Assembly: GCF_006345805.1 (NCBI RefSeq)
Contig: NC_043018.1
Location: 22,568,001-22,632,000, forward strand
Reading direction: 5' to 3'
Origin: Octopus sinensis
Taxonomy: Eukaryota
DNA: 64,000 nucleotides
The translations under genes and the position numbers were made by a program. The notes under the pieces are model-generated. The model had not been told where the DNA came from. It saw only the letters and a program-made list of their open reading frames with translations, and searched no databases. Positions 1-13,554 of the stretch are shown here, piece after piece (position 1 is the first letter of the stretch; each line of letters opens with the position of its first letter).

Positions 1-183
1 TAAAAGGAAACATTTTAAATATTAAAGATTTGTAGGTACGTGGTACTCCGTTATGCAAACACAATATGCTATGACGTATACTAAACGTTATAGAACTTAG
101 AGCCAGCACTGATTCTTGCTACAACGTTTCGTATCGACACGTCAGATGTAAACAGACAATGTGATCGAAGACATAAGTGCGTA

Positions 184-235
184 ATGAGTGTATATGCCAT
201 ATTTCGGGGGTTGTTGACCCTTCTTCAGCACTCAT
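184..235 (-). ncRNA. Minimal type I hammerhead ribozyme motif, apparently intact
   Basis: AUGAGUG-CUGAAGA-a-GGG-ucaacaacc-CCC-GAAA-uauggcaua-UA-CACUCAU: 7-bp stem I, full core, near-palindromic stem III, AUA cleavage triplet. Confidence 0.7.
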
Positions 236-903
236 CTAACCCACTGCACACAACAGTGTTAAGCTGTTGGATATACCAGGGCGAAATGCTTAGCGGTATT
301 TCGTCTGTCGTTACGTTCTGAGTTCAAATTCTGCCGAGGTCGACTTTGCCTTTCATCCTTTCGGGATCGATAAATAAAGTACCAGTTTCGCACTGGGTCG
401 ATGTAATCGACCTAATCCGTTTGTCTGTCCTTGTTTGTCCCCTCTGTGTTTAACTCATTGTGGGTAATAAAGAAATAAGAAACGTTAGTACGCCGGGCGA
501 AATCCTTAGCGGTATTTCGTCTGCCGCTACGTTCTGAGTTCAAATTCCGCCGAGATCAACTTTTCCTTTCATCCTTTCGGAGTCGATAAATTAAGGACCA
601 GTTACGCACTGGGGTCGATATAATCGACTTAATCCGTTTGTCTGTCCTTGTTTGTCCTCTCTGTGTTTAGCCCCTTGTGGGTAGTAAAGAAATAGGTATT
701 TCGTCTGCCGTTACGTTCTGAGTTCAAATTCTGCCTAGGTCGACTTTGCCTTTCATCCTTTCGGGGTCAATAAATTAAGTGCCAGTTGCGTCCTGGGCCG
801 ATCTAATCGACTGGCGCCTTGCCCAAAAATTTCGGGCTTTGTGCCTAGAGTAGAAAAGATTATTAATGTATCTGATTTATTTATCTGCAGAATTGCCTAC
901 ATA

Positions 904-1120
904 TGATGGGAAAGACCGGTTTATGGGGTTACCCTGTGTTTCCCGTCCATAAGGGGTTTGGCAGACTCCAAGCCTGTTGGCCTAAGAACTCTTCAAAATA
1001 TTCAAGATATTCTGAAGAGGTCTTAGGCCAACAGATTTGGGGTCTGACGATACGCCGTAAGGCCAAACCCCTCATGAACGGGAAACCCAGGGTAACCCCA
1101 TAAATCTGCCGCCCCCATTA
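904..1120. mobile_element. Foldback element carrying a decayed hammerhead motif (1039-1099, plus strand)
   Basis: The whole segment folds back on itself (ctgttggcctaaga...tcttaggccaacag). The right arm reads GGGGU-CUGACGA-uac-GCC-guaa-GGC-cAAA-CCC...GGG-UA-ACCCC, with G12 lost. Confidence 0.6.
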
Positions 1121-1135
1121 TAATATGTGTGTGTA

Positions 1136-1167
<32 letters not shown>

Positions 1168-1273
1168 TGTGTGTATGTGTTGTGTGTATGTGCGTGTGTG
1201 TGTGTGTGTATGTGTGTGTATGTGTGTGTGTATGTGTGTGTGTATGTGTGTGTGTGTGTGTATGTGTGTGTGT

Positions 1274-1305
<32 letters not shown>

Positions 1306-1414
1306 ATGTGTGTGTGTGTTGTGTGTGTGTGTGTGTGTGTGTATGTTGTGTGTGTGTATGTGTGTGTGTAATGTGTGTGTGTGTATGTGTGCGTGTGTGT
1401 GTGTGTATGTGTGT

Positions 1415-1455
<41 letters not shown>

Positions 1456-1855
1456 TGTGTGTGTGTGCGTTGTGCTGTGTGTGTGTGTGTGTGTGGTATG
1501 TGGTGTGTGTGTGTGTGTGCGTGTGCGTGTGTGTGTATGTGTGTGTATGTGTGTGTTGTATGTGTGTGTGTATGTGTGTGTATGTGTGTGTGTGTGTGCG
1601 TGTGCGTGTGTGTGTGTGTATGTGTGTGTGTGTGCGTGTGCGTGTGTGTGTGCGTGTGCGTGTGCGTGTGTATGTGTGTGTGTGTGTGTGTTTTTGTATG
1701 TATGTATGTATAACATGCATTCATATACACACACCTATACTCATGCATCAGCGCATACATTTGTCTTAATCACTGTTTCCCCAATTCTGGTTCTTCCCGT
1801 CCTTCCCATGTTCAACTCCACAATATTCTACGCATTATAAAATTAAATAAGTTAC

Positions 1856-1925
1856 CTTCTTTGGTTTATCATCTATTCCCTCGTATATCAATCCTTCTGG
1901 CAGACAATTTCCTTCCGTGCCCCAT
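1856..1925 (-). CDS. IDO: IDO-family exon 9 (G-WGTEGNCLPEGLIYEGIDDKPKK); gene continues beyond the left edge
   Basis: tag/gtaact sites, 70 nt; LPEGLIYEG motif. The GGSAAQS loop and proximal-His exons were not found in 1-1855. Confidence 0.92.
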
Positions 1926-2829
1926 CTATTTTTGTAAGAAACGGAGAATGAGACATAAGCTTTAGGTGCTGGGGCTTGACATTGTGACATTTATTTTTAC
2001 ATACGAACAAATGTGTTTGCATGTGTGGGCACTGTATGGCCAAATGGACTGTTCCTTCTAAGGCGCAATGGCCCAGTGGTTAGGGCAGCGGACTCGCGGT
2101 CGTAGGATCGCGGTTTCGATTCCCAGACCGGGCGCCGTGAGTGTTTATTGAGCGAAAACACCTAAAACTCCATGAGGCTCCGGCAGGGGATGGTGGTGAT
2201 CCCTGCCGTATTCTTTCGCCACAACTTTCTCTCACTCTTACTTCCTGTTTCTGTTGTACCTGTATTTCAAAGTGAGTGTTTATTGAGCGAAAACATCTAA
2301 AGCCCCACGAGGCTCCGGCAGGGGATGGTGGTGATCCCTGCCGTATTCTTTCGCCACAACTTTCTCTCACTCTTACTTCCTGTTTCTGTTGTACCTGTAT
2401 TTCAAAGGGCCGGCCTTGTCACTCTCTGTGTCACGCTGAATATCCCCGAGAACTACGTTAAGGGTACTCGTGTCTGTGGAGTGCTCAGCCATTTACACGT
2501 TGATTTCACGAGCAGGCTGTTCCGTTGATTCGGATCAACCATAACCCTCGTCGTCGTAACCGACGGAGTGCTTCCACACAATAGGGCTTTTATCACACAC
2601 ACTGTGTCACACAGATTGTGCATGAAAATAGCGTTAAGAATGGATGCGTGCGTTGGTGAGGTTTGCTTGTCGACTATTAAGCTTCTTACCGGTTGCTCAA
2701 GGGCAGATAATTTTTAATTGATTGAATAACTGCATCGTCATCGTCAAACAGTGGAGACAAACTACTATGAACAAACAAATATACATACGGACAAATGTAG
2801 AATATATCGATATATACACACACACACAC

Positions 2830-2878
<49 letters not shown>

Positions 2879-3177
2879 ATATATAATATAATATATATAT
2901 ATATATATATATATACATATGTGTGTGTGTATTCAGATAGATACATACATACATACATACATACATACATCATACTACATAATACATATATACATAGATC
3001 GACTCGGACAGATAGACAGACAGGCAATTAAACTGACAGGCAGGGAGGCAGTCAGACATACAGACAGACACACACACACACACAGACATACATACATACA
3101 TACATACCTAGACAGACAGACAGACAGATAGATAGAACGAGTGCAAGGAAATTTAAAAAGATAGTACAATTCCTTAC

Positions 3178-3229
3178 CCATTCAAAAAAGGCCGCATTTT
3201 TTTGAAAAATACTTCAGCTGTTAATTTTT
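3178..3229 (-). CDS. IDO: IDO-family exon 8 (E-KLTAEVFFKKMRPFLN-G)
   Basis: cag/gtaagg sites, 52 nt; FFxxxRPFLxG substrate-binding motif. Confidence 0.92.
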
Positions 3230-4513
3230 CTGAAATTGAATTTCAAAAACAAAAAAATATCATTAAGGAAATTATTTTTTTTTAAAATAGGCGCAGCAGT
3301 GGCTGTGTGGTAAGTAGCTTGTTTACCAACCACATGGTTCCGGGTTCAGCCCCACTGCGTGGCACCTTGAGCAAGTCTCTTCTACTATAGCCTCGGGCCG
3401 ACCAAAGCCTTGTGAGTGGATTTGGTAGACGGAAACTGAAAGAAGCCCGTCGTATATATGTATATATATATATATGCGTGTGTGTGTTTGTGTGTCTGTG
3501 TTTGTCCCCCTAGCATTGCTTGACAACCGATGCTGGTGTGTTTACGTCCCCGTCCTTAGCGGTTCGGCAAAAGAAACCGATAGAATAAGTACTGGGCTTA
3601 CAAAGAATAAGTCCTGGGGTCGATTTGCTCGATTAAAGGCGGTGCCCCAGCATGGCCGCAGTCAAATGACTGAAACAAGTAAAAGAGAGTAAAAGAGTAA
3701 AGAGGTCCGACTTTGTGTTAAGAATTTTGCTTCCCAACCACATGGTACCGAGTTCAGTCACACTGCGTGGTACCGTGGGCAGGTGTCGTCTTCTACAATA
3801 GCCTCGGGACGACCAAAGCCTTGTGAGGTGTTTTGATAGACGTGAGCTGAAAGAAACCCGTCGTGTGTGTGTGAGTGTGTGTGTGTCCACCACCACCGCT
3901 TGGCGACCGCTGTTGGTTTGTTTACGTACTCGTAACTAGCGGTTCGACAAAAGAGACCGATAGAATAAGTACCAAGCTTTTAAAAAGAATAAATACTGGA
4001 GTCGACGCATTCGACTAAAATTCTTCAAGGCGGTGCCCCAGCTTGGCCGCAGTGTAAAAGACTAAAACAAGTGAATGATAAATGATTTGAATTTGATAGT
4101 TTTGCACGTTTTTAAATGGCAACCATGGCTTTTCCACGACGTGGGTATATCTGGCACCAGGTAAGTGTGGCCGGATCAAGAAGTAAAGGTTCTACCCGGA
4201 TGTCAGGGATCCGTGCCCTAACCAAATTTTTAAAACTTTATATTGTAAATATTATATATATTTTATTGTAATCACCAACGTTTTAAGCTACTACACCCTA
4301 TATGTTTGTCTGTATTTGTATGTCCCCTCTATGTAACGCCTTAATGGCGAATCTTTCATGAAATAAAGTAGCTTGCTTACCAACCACATGGTCCCGGGTT
4401 CAGTACCACTGCGCGGCACCTTGGGAATGTGTCTTCTATTATGGCCTCGGGCCGTCCAAAGCCGTATGTGTGGCTTTAGTAGATGGAAACTAGAAGAAGC
4501 CGTCGTATATGTA

Positions 4514-4629
<116 letters not shown>

Positions 4630-5574
4630 ATATGTATATGTATGTGTGTATATGTTTGTGTGTGTGTTTCCGTCCCCGTAACCTAGCGGTTCGGCAAAAG
4701 ACGCCGATAGAATAAGTACTAGGCTTACGAAGAATAAGCTCTGGGGTCGATTTGCTCGACTATAAAGGTGGTGCTCCAGCATGGCCGCAGTCAAATGACT
4801 GACACAAGTAAACGAGTAAAAGAGTAATCCATAAACCGAGAACCGGATCATTTCCTTGGCTCTGCTGTTTCGCAGCGATAAAAGACATGGAGGTTAAGGG
4901 AGGTAATTCCTGTAGTGGCTATTCAGAGTTACAACAGAGTTCTTTCCCTCGATTAAAGAATTACTTCCCTTGTCTATAAATGTTTTTTTTTTTCCTTTTC
5001 GAAGTCTTCGTTTTTCTGTGTGTCCATCTGTCCATTTGTCTGTCTCTCTCTCTCTCTCTCTCCCTCTCTGTCCCTCTCCGTCCCTCTCTCTCCCTCTCTC
5101 TCCCTCTCTCTCCCTCTCTCTCTCTCTATCCCTCTCTATCCCTCTCTATGCCTCTCTCTCCCTTCCCTCCTCACTCCTCTCTCTCTCTCTCTCTCACCCT
5201 CTCTCCCTCTCCGTCCCTCTCTCTCCCTCTCCGTCCCTCTCTCTCCCTCTCTCTCCCTCTCTCTCTATCCCTCTCTCTCCCTCTCTATGCCTCTCTCCCT
5301 CTCTTTCTCTTCCCTCCTCACTCTCTCTCTCACCCTCTCTCCCTCTCAGTCCCTCTCTCTCCCTCTCTGTCCTTCTCTCTCTCTCTCTCTCCCTCTCTCT
5401 CCATCTCTATCCCTCTCTCCCTCTTTCTCCCTTCCCTCCTCACTCTCTCTCTCTCTCTCCCGCTTCATCTGTTTTCCCCCTCTTTCTCTCCCTCTCTTTT
5501 CACGCATGTATTTCTCTCTTTATGTTTTATTTGTTTCACTCTTTGGAATGCGGCCATGTTGGAGCCACGGGACA

Positions 5575-8180
5575 TATTGGCGTAGGTGGCAGGTCGCAAA
5601 TGAGGGTAGACGTTACTGCCTCAATGATCTAATTGGCATGGATGTTCTTCCCAGCGAGCTTAATCTTCATATTCCATACTTTTTCGGTGGAATCTCAACA
5701 GATGTCCACTTCAACTGGCAGCAGGACAGGAAAATCCCTATTCCTGCAGAACGAGATGTGATGTTACAACTGAGAAAGGACCCGAACAAAGAGAATAATT
5801 TTGGTATCTTTAGGTCCGTAACTCACCCAAACGCAGATATAAACGTTGAACCCCTTGTCAAAGACAAGCACCAACATCTTGACTAATGTGTTCGTGACAG
5901 GTTAGCATTTGTCATCGATATTTTGATGGGTAACACATAGATATGCGCCATATCTATATAGATATAACACATAGATATAACACATAGATATAACATATAG
6001 ATATAACACATAGATATGCGCCATACACATAGATATAACATATAGATATAACATATAGATATAACACATAGATATGCGCCATACACATAGATATAACATA
6101 TAGATATAACACATAGATATGCGCCATACACATAGATATAACATATAGATATAACACATAGATATGCGCCATACACATAAATATAACATATAGATATAAC
6201 ATATAGATATAACACATAGATATGCGCCATACACATAGATATAACATATAGATATAACACATAGATATGCGCCATACACATAGATATAACATATAGATAT
6301 AACACATAGATATGCGCCATACACATAAATATAACATATAGATATAACATATAGATATAACATATAGATATAACACATAGATATGCGCCATACACATAGA
6401 TATAACATATAGATATAACACATAGATATGCGCCATACACATAAATATAACATATAGATATAACACATAGATATGCGCCATACACATAGATATAACATAT
6501 AGATATAACACATAGATATGCGCCATACACATAGATATAACATATAGATATAACACATAGATATGCGCCATACACATAAATATAACATATAGATATAACA
6601 TATAGATATAACACATAGATATGCGCCATACACATAGATATAACATATAGATATAACACATAGATATGCGCCATATAAATACACATAATATACATAAGAT
6701 ATAACATATAGATATAACACATAGATATGCGCCATACACATAGATATAACATATAGATATAACACATAGATTGCGCCATACACATAGATAACATATAGAT
6801 ATAACAATAGATATGCGCCATACACATAAATATAACATATAGATATAACATATAGATATAACACATAGATATGCGCCATACACATAGATATAACATATAG
6901 ATATAACATATAGATATAACACATATATATGCGCCATACACATAAATATAACATATAGATATAACATATAGATATAACACATAGATATGCGCCATACACA
7001 TAGATATAACATATAGATATAACACATAGATATGCGCCATACACATAGATATAACATATAGATATAACATATAGATATAACACATAGATATGCGCCATAC
7101 ACATAGATATAACATATAGATATAACATATAGATATAACACATAGATATGCGCCATACACATAGATATAACATATAGATATAACATATAGATATAACACA
7201 TAGATATGCGCCATACACATAGATATAACATATAGATATAACACATAGATATAACACATAGATACGCGCCATACAGATCTATGCACAACAACCTACACCT
7301 CAAGCGATGCAATACAAAGAGTGAGTAAAGAAAATGATCAAGGCGACGCTCTGATCACTTTAGATCAATTGCAAGCTTTCGATAAGAGTGACCGCCAAAA
7401 CTTGGCAGTTGGTTTCGGTTCCGTCTTCAAAAGTTGGACCGCCCTACTGTACAGCGACATTTACTCGATAGTCGGAGTATATGGGGCCAGTTGTCGGAAT
7501 CGCTCACGCTCATACGTTCGATCCGTGAAAGCTTCCTGCTGCTACCCTTTCTCTATATGCAAGTGCTTAAGCCCCTATCACGGAAGTTAAAGGTTTCGAG
7601 GGACATCCTGCATCAACTAAGACGTGGGAAAGGTGCGACGGCACATGCAGACATGCCTTTAATAGAGCCGGTGAGCTGGCAGAATCGTTAGCACGCCGGG
7701 TGAAATGCTTAGCAGTATTTCGTCTGCCGCTACGTTCTGAGTTCAAATTCCACCGAGGTCGACTTTGCCTTTCATCCTTTCGGGGTCGATAAATTAAGTA
7801 CCAGTGAGGCACTGGGATCGATATAATCGACTTAATCCGTTTGTCTGCCCCTTGTTTGTCCTCTCTGTGTTTAGCCCCTTGTGGGTAGTAAAGAAATATG
7901 TAATAGAGCCGGACATTAAACACATGGAGGTGATCAGCATTATTATGAAGGAGTAGAGTACGATGTTACTGGAACAAATATTAACCAAGAAAAGTCAGTG
8001 GACCTGCAACTCGGCACCCGAAGAGACAGATCCACGCTGCCCTACATTGCCCTGGAGCACTGACTTGACGGACCAGTGAAATTGCTCGGCGTTTGGCTTA
8101 GTCCAGACCTTCAGGTAGACAAGAACTGAGGCGAGATGACGAACGCGGTTACTGTGTCACCCAGAGGTAGATCGAGAGGT
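5575..8180 (+). pseudogene. Decayed Tx1/L1-clade reverse transcriptase interrupted by a minisatellite (5936-7270) and a SINE (about 7645-7897)
   Basis: LRKDPNK..F..RSVT..NAD, LDQ.QAFD....GFG.VFKSW..LYS and VTG.NINQEKS segments in RT order. Confidence 0.8.
5936..7270. repeat. Higher-order minisatellite of 13-mers (agatataacayat) and 19-mers (agatatgcgccatacacat)
   Basis: Direct inspection; explains the spurious 450-aa ORFs. Confidence 0.95.
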
Positions 8181-8652
8181 GTCTAACACCTACATAGCAT
8201 CTGTCATTTATTACATAGTAACACCTACATAGTATCTGTCACTGAGTGACCAGTGTGGTATGCTTGCTCTTCGACTTTCTGTGGATGGTCAGACTATCCA
8301 TTTTCTATCAACATCCACTGTGTATGTATGTATGTATGTATGTATGCATGCATGTATGTGCCTTGGCCTGTTTGTCTATGTCCATTGCTTTCTAGTTTAA
8401 CAGCAGAATTTAGACAGTCATCCAGTGGGATCTCCAACCAAGCCCACTTCACCGGGAGAGTCTTCTTTCCAATCGTCTCTCCGGGATTCCTCAACAGTGA
8501 AGTGACTGATTTACAAAAGGCGCCAGACTAAGTCTAGCACAAAGGAGCATGAGCCTAAACAACAGCAACAATAATAACAACAACAACAGATGTTTTATGT
8601 AAGAAGCCTATGTGCCTCAAAATATCGAAAAGAAATCATTATTTACACATAC

Positions 8653-8770
8653 CGTGCATTCTGCGAAACACTTTCAACATATTTAATATAACGTCGTTGA
8701 TCTCACGCAAGCAACGATTGAGTCTTGGTGTGTCAGAATCAGAGACAGCTTGGATAGCTTCCAAAATAGA
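8653..8770 (-). CDS. IDO: IDO-family exon 7 (SILEAIQAVSDSDTPRLNRCLREINDVILNMLKVFRRMH)
   Basis: tag/gtatgt sites, 118 nt, ends in phase 1; same size and phase as human IDO1 exon 7. Confidence 0.9.
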
Positions 8771-9929
8771 CTAAAGAAAAATAAATAGTCGTCAGTAAAA
8801 CTTTTGCTTTTAAGTCGTAAAATAATGAAAATATTTATTCTAGATATTTTATGAAAATATAAAACAGTACTAAAAGTATTGTGTTTACGACAAACGCATT
8901 ATGTTTATGACAGGGGTATGGCTGTTTGCCAGGAAAATTTTATTATCAGATCAGAAGCTAATGGTGGAGATGAGATCTAGACGAGATTTAAACGAGAGTT
9001 GGGATGGCAATATGGTATAAACGATGAGGTGATGGACTGGAAGAATTGATAGAGTTACCGGACAAAGATCCTTTTCGGTATTTACTTAAGTTATCTTTAT
9101 GTTCTGGGTTTAATTCCTGCTGATGTCGGCTTTTCCTTCATCCTTTTAGGGTCGATAAAAAAAGTGCCAACTAAGAATAGAAGTTGATATGAGCAGCTAT
9201 AATCCAACCATCAAATTTGAGTGCTGCACCCATGTTTGAAATCAGTATAGTACCAGTGAGATAGTTGTTGATTGGGAAAAACCATTGGGAAATTCAATTG
9301 AAGATGATGTCGACCTTGTTCTCCACTTTTCTTTGGTCGATAAAATAATTGCCAACTAAATACTGGGATTGATTTAATCGACTAATCTCTCCAACAATGC
9401 ACGACTTTATGACAAAGTTAGAAGTGGATATACCCAGGTCCACTTTGCCTTTCATCCTTTCGGGGTTGATAAATTAAGTACCAGTTACGCACTGGGGTCG
9501 ATGTAATCGACTTAATCCGTTTGTCTGTCCTTGTTTGTCCCCTCTATGTGTAGCCCATTGTGGGTAATAAAGAAACGGATATGCCTTAACTTAGAACTAC
9601 AACTGTAACTTTTAGTTTTCGAGTGTGCTCTTGCACCGCTTACTCCATTCATCTTCAAAGATGAAAAAAAATTTAAATATTGATTTAAAATTTTGGCACA
9701 AGGCCGGCAATTACAGGGAGAGGATTAATCGATTACATCGACTCCAGTGTTCAAGAATGTCACACTATCTTTTGATGTTCTTTCAGGATCACTGGTATTC
9801 ACATTTAACCATGTCATTTACACATGTAGCAAGGCATACACTCTTCATTCACAGTACAGGTCTAACAAAATGGGTTGAGGCAACAAATGATCAAATGGCG
9901 TGTAATAACTGATGAAGAAGAACATTGCA

Positions 9930-11568
9930 TTGTCTTTTGAATTCGCTGCTGTTCGGCTGTGGAGGTGCTAATTATGAGGCAACACGTGACTTTCTGTATG
10001 TATGTTTAACTTGGGTGTATTATTTGTCCCCGGCGTTGCTGGCAGTGATATGTCTTGTGTGAATGGCTTACATGTGGCTTTGTTTGGGAAAAATGAGTAG
10101 GATGATTGTGTTTTCTGTACGTTTGGCATGAGTGCGGGTTTTTGGTTGTCTTAGTTTTTGATGGTTTCTCTGCTTGCGGTAACTGAATAGGACGTTTGTG
10201 GTTTGTGTGTGTGTATGCTATGGATGCGGGTTTTTTGGTTGACTTTGGTGGTCTTTTTTGTGAGTGCGAGAGGCATACCTTTCATTTTATGTCTCTTTTT
10301 GACCATTGTCCATCCGTCGTCGCTCTCCTCGCTCAAGGTTGGTGGTGGTTCCTTAGGGGTGTCCTTCTTGGTGTTCTCCACTTCCCTCTGTCACACTTTT
10401 TATGTAGGCTGCGTTAACGTGGTGTTACTCTCTCTCTCTCTCTCTTTTACTCTTTTACTTGTTTCAGTCATTTGACTGCGGCCATGCTGGAGCACCGCCT
10501 TTAGTCGAGCAAATCGACCCCGGGACTTATTCTTTATAAGCCCAGTACTTATTCTATCGGTCTCTTTTGCCGAACCGCTAAGTCACGGGGACGTAAACAC
10601 ACCAGCATCGGTTGTCAAGCAATGCTAGGGGGACAAACACAGACACACAAACACACACACACACATATATATATACCAAGAAATCTAATGCTTACAGCTT
10701 AGTTTTTTTTCTTGGGGCTGGCCGAGTTGGAGCAAATATCAGAATTGAACAGCCGAAATTTGCTATGATGATTCGGTGTCTGACTGAAGATTGAAGGCTT
10801 CGAATGATTTGTCTGTGTTCCGTGTTCGTCCCTTCCTGTATTTCACGTTCATTATATATAAAAACATTCATTCTTATATTATTGCGGCGTTACGTGCACC
10901 CCCCCCCCGTTTGTTTGTCCAATTTTAAACCCTGCACGACTTCTATACACACTGTCTTTTACTACCCGCCATTGCTTCTTCACCAAACTTTTTGGCGCCC
11001 TCCGATTCTTCCCCTCTCTTCCTCCCATCCTCCTTAATCCCTTCTTTCTCCTCTCTTGGTCACTGATTCTGTCCCCTGCCTTCCACCCTCTTTGATTCCC
11101 TCTCTCTCTGTCTCTCTTTCTCTCTCTCCTGCGACCTGCTGCTTCTTCAACCATTCTGTTGGCCTTCGTATCTCGACCAACATGTGTCCCCGCTACCGAA
11201 ACGGTAATTATTTCTACGCCAGCTGCTATGTTGTTGTTGTTTTGTCTCATTTGGTCTAAAGTCGTATGACAACCACCGTTATATATGTTTTGTTTTTTCA
11301 TTACTGTTTTCAATTTCGTTTTCGTCTCTTGTATTCACATCCGTCTTGTGCGTTCACATTCCTGTCTTCTACCAAGAAATCTAATGCTTACAGCTTAGTT
11401 TTTTTTCTTGGGGCTGGCCGAGTTGGAGCAAATATCAGAATTGAACAGCCGAAATTTGCTATGATGATTCGGTGTCTGACTGAAGATTGAAGGCTTCGAA
11501 TGATTTGTCTGTGTTCCGTGTTCGTCCCTTCCTGTATTTCACGTTCATTATATATAAAAACATTCATT

Positions 11569-11613
<45 letters not shown>

Positions 11614-12800
11614 TATATATATATAATATATATATATATACATATATACGACAGGCTTCTTTCAGTTTCCGTCTACCAAATCCACTCACAAGGCATTGGT
11701 CGGCCCGGGGCTATAGCAGAAGACACTTGCCCAAGATGCCACGCAGTGGGACTGAAAACGGAACCATGTGGTTGGTTAGCAAGCTACTTACCACACAGCC
11801 ACTCCTGTTGGCTGACTTCTTTTCCTTTTGGGTTGTCAGACTGTGGTGGGTTGAGAGGGTTGTTCTATTTTAGTGCTCCTTGACTTTCTTCTCTCTTCCT
11901 TCGGGTCGACAGTTTGTGGTGGGTTTCGTCGCGATGCTGGTTGGCTCCCCCTTGCTTTCTTTTGGGTCGCCAGACTGTGGTGGGTTGCTAGATGGAGTGG
12001 GTGCTTCTGGTTGTAGAACCTGTGATTTTTATGTGACCCTTTTGCCCACACTTAAAGCACCTTGAACCTCTTCCCTTCGCCATGACTCTTAATATGGTCT
12101 CGGCCGGTAGTATTACTTGCTCTGTTATTTCTTCCGAGTCCCTCTGGGTGGCCTGGATTATTAGCTCCAGACCTTGGTCCTACCAATTCTGCTGATGTAG
12201 CCTGGTGGCCTGAAGGATAGTGGCTCTATAGTCAAGGTTCAGCAGTACGGCTCTCACAAGCCACACCACGTCGTTTTCCGGTAGGACTTCCCCTACTTTT
12301 ATTTTTGAAGTACGTCGACCCATGAACGTAAGTAGTAGCACCAACACGTTTGTCTTCAAAGACACTGTGGAGTGTTCCTTTGCTTTTTCTTCAGAAGTGA
12401 ACCTTATCTCCACAGTGCCGTATTTTTTCCCCTTGCTACATAACTTGTTTTACCCCATATGGGCTGTAGACCTTTTTCGATACTTTCTTTTGGCATGTGT
12501 TCTTTTTTTTTTTTTTTTTTTTGAGTGACAGAGTTTTAAAAATTATAGTTTTCCGTATTGTCCGTTGCATCGTATCGTTGACGAGAAGGCTTTAGGTTTT
12601 TGTTCGTGCCATCTCTCTGTAACAGGCATTTGAATTTTTTTTTTTACGTTCTCCATGTCCAGGTTTATAGTCTCCTGGTTGATTTTGGCTGCAGATGCGA
12701 AACCTCGGCTTTCATTTTTTGTCGTTTTCGGTTGTAAGTCATTGTTTTGGCTTGTGGTAGAATTCGAACTACTTGTAGTTTGTTTTGTATCAACTGGCTT
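9930..12800 (-). pseudogene. Tx1/L1-clade ORF1 remnant with a gag-like zinc knuckle, interrupted at 10440-11815
   Basis: EIRFTSEEKAKEHST...FMGRRTSKIKVG and SRCFKCGQKGHI knuckle; basic/proline-rich tail. Confidence 0.6.
10674..11575. mobile_element. Element with identical direct repeats of about 205 bp inserted into the (TA)n of a SINE
   Basis: 10674-10879 equals 11370-11575 (offset 696). The flanks are the two halves of one minus-strand family-B SINE. No TG...CA LTR ends. Confidence 0.7.
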
Positions 12801-12802
12801 TT

Positions 12803-12906
<104 letters not shown>

Positions 12907-13554
12907 GGAGGCACATGGCCTAGTGGTTAGAGTAACGGACTCGCGGTCGAGGGATCGCGGGTTCAAATCTCAGACAGGGCGATGTGTGTGTTTATGAGCT
13001 CCACGTGGTTCCGGCAGAAGGTAATGGTGAACTTCTGCTGACTCTTTCGCCACAGCTTTCTCTCACTCTTTCCTCCTGCATCTTCCAGCTCACCTGCGAC
13101 GGACCGGCGTCCCGTCCAGGTGGGGAACCTATACGTCAAAGAAACCGGGAAACCGGTCCTTATGAGCCAGGCATGGCTCGAGAAGTAACAAACATCTATC
13201 TATCTCTATCTCCATGAATGAGATGGGGGAAAGCTTCATCGTACTCTTCTGGCAAGTGGACGTTGTCTTCCATTAGTTTTAAATCAATATTAACACTGGT
13301 GGGTTGCTTATTGAAGTAAGTTGGTCTGTCCATCAGATTTATTGTTGGTAGGTCGCCCCCAATGGGGCAAACCTACTGGTTTCCGCGAATCGTCAACCGC
13401 TAAGCGTGGCTGTATTAAAGGAACAGCATAAAAGCACAAGAATTACATACGGTTCAAGCGGATAACACAGTGACACAGCGAGAACAAAAGAACACACGTC
13501 CGGTCGGTCGAAATTGTCGAACCCTCATAAGTCATCTAATGACGGGAGAGTCCA

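Noticed and set aside
1023-1840. Long His/Thr and Cys/Val ORFs (also 5883-7312, 13470-14707, 25709-26516, 37186-37639, 45145-47067)
   Set aside because: Translations of microsatellites and minisatellites that are open in several frames; no splice support.
1-1855. Further IDO exons (GGSAAQS loop, proximal His)
   Set aside because: No matching minus-strand frame with splice sites was found; presumed to lie outside the window.
2060-2135. tRNA-like sequences at SINE heads
   Set aside because: Each continues into a shared SINE body and lacks a proper acceptor stem; not tRNA genes.
5936-7270. Repeat arrays as possible CRISPR arrays (also 38022-38245, 53505-53880)
   Set aside because: Units are head to tail with no unique spacers, there are no cas genes, and the context is eukaryotic.
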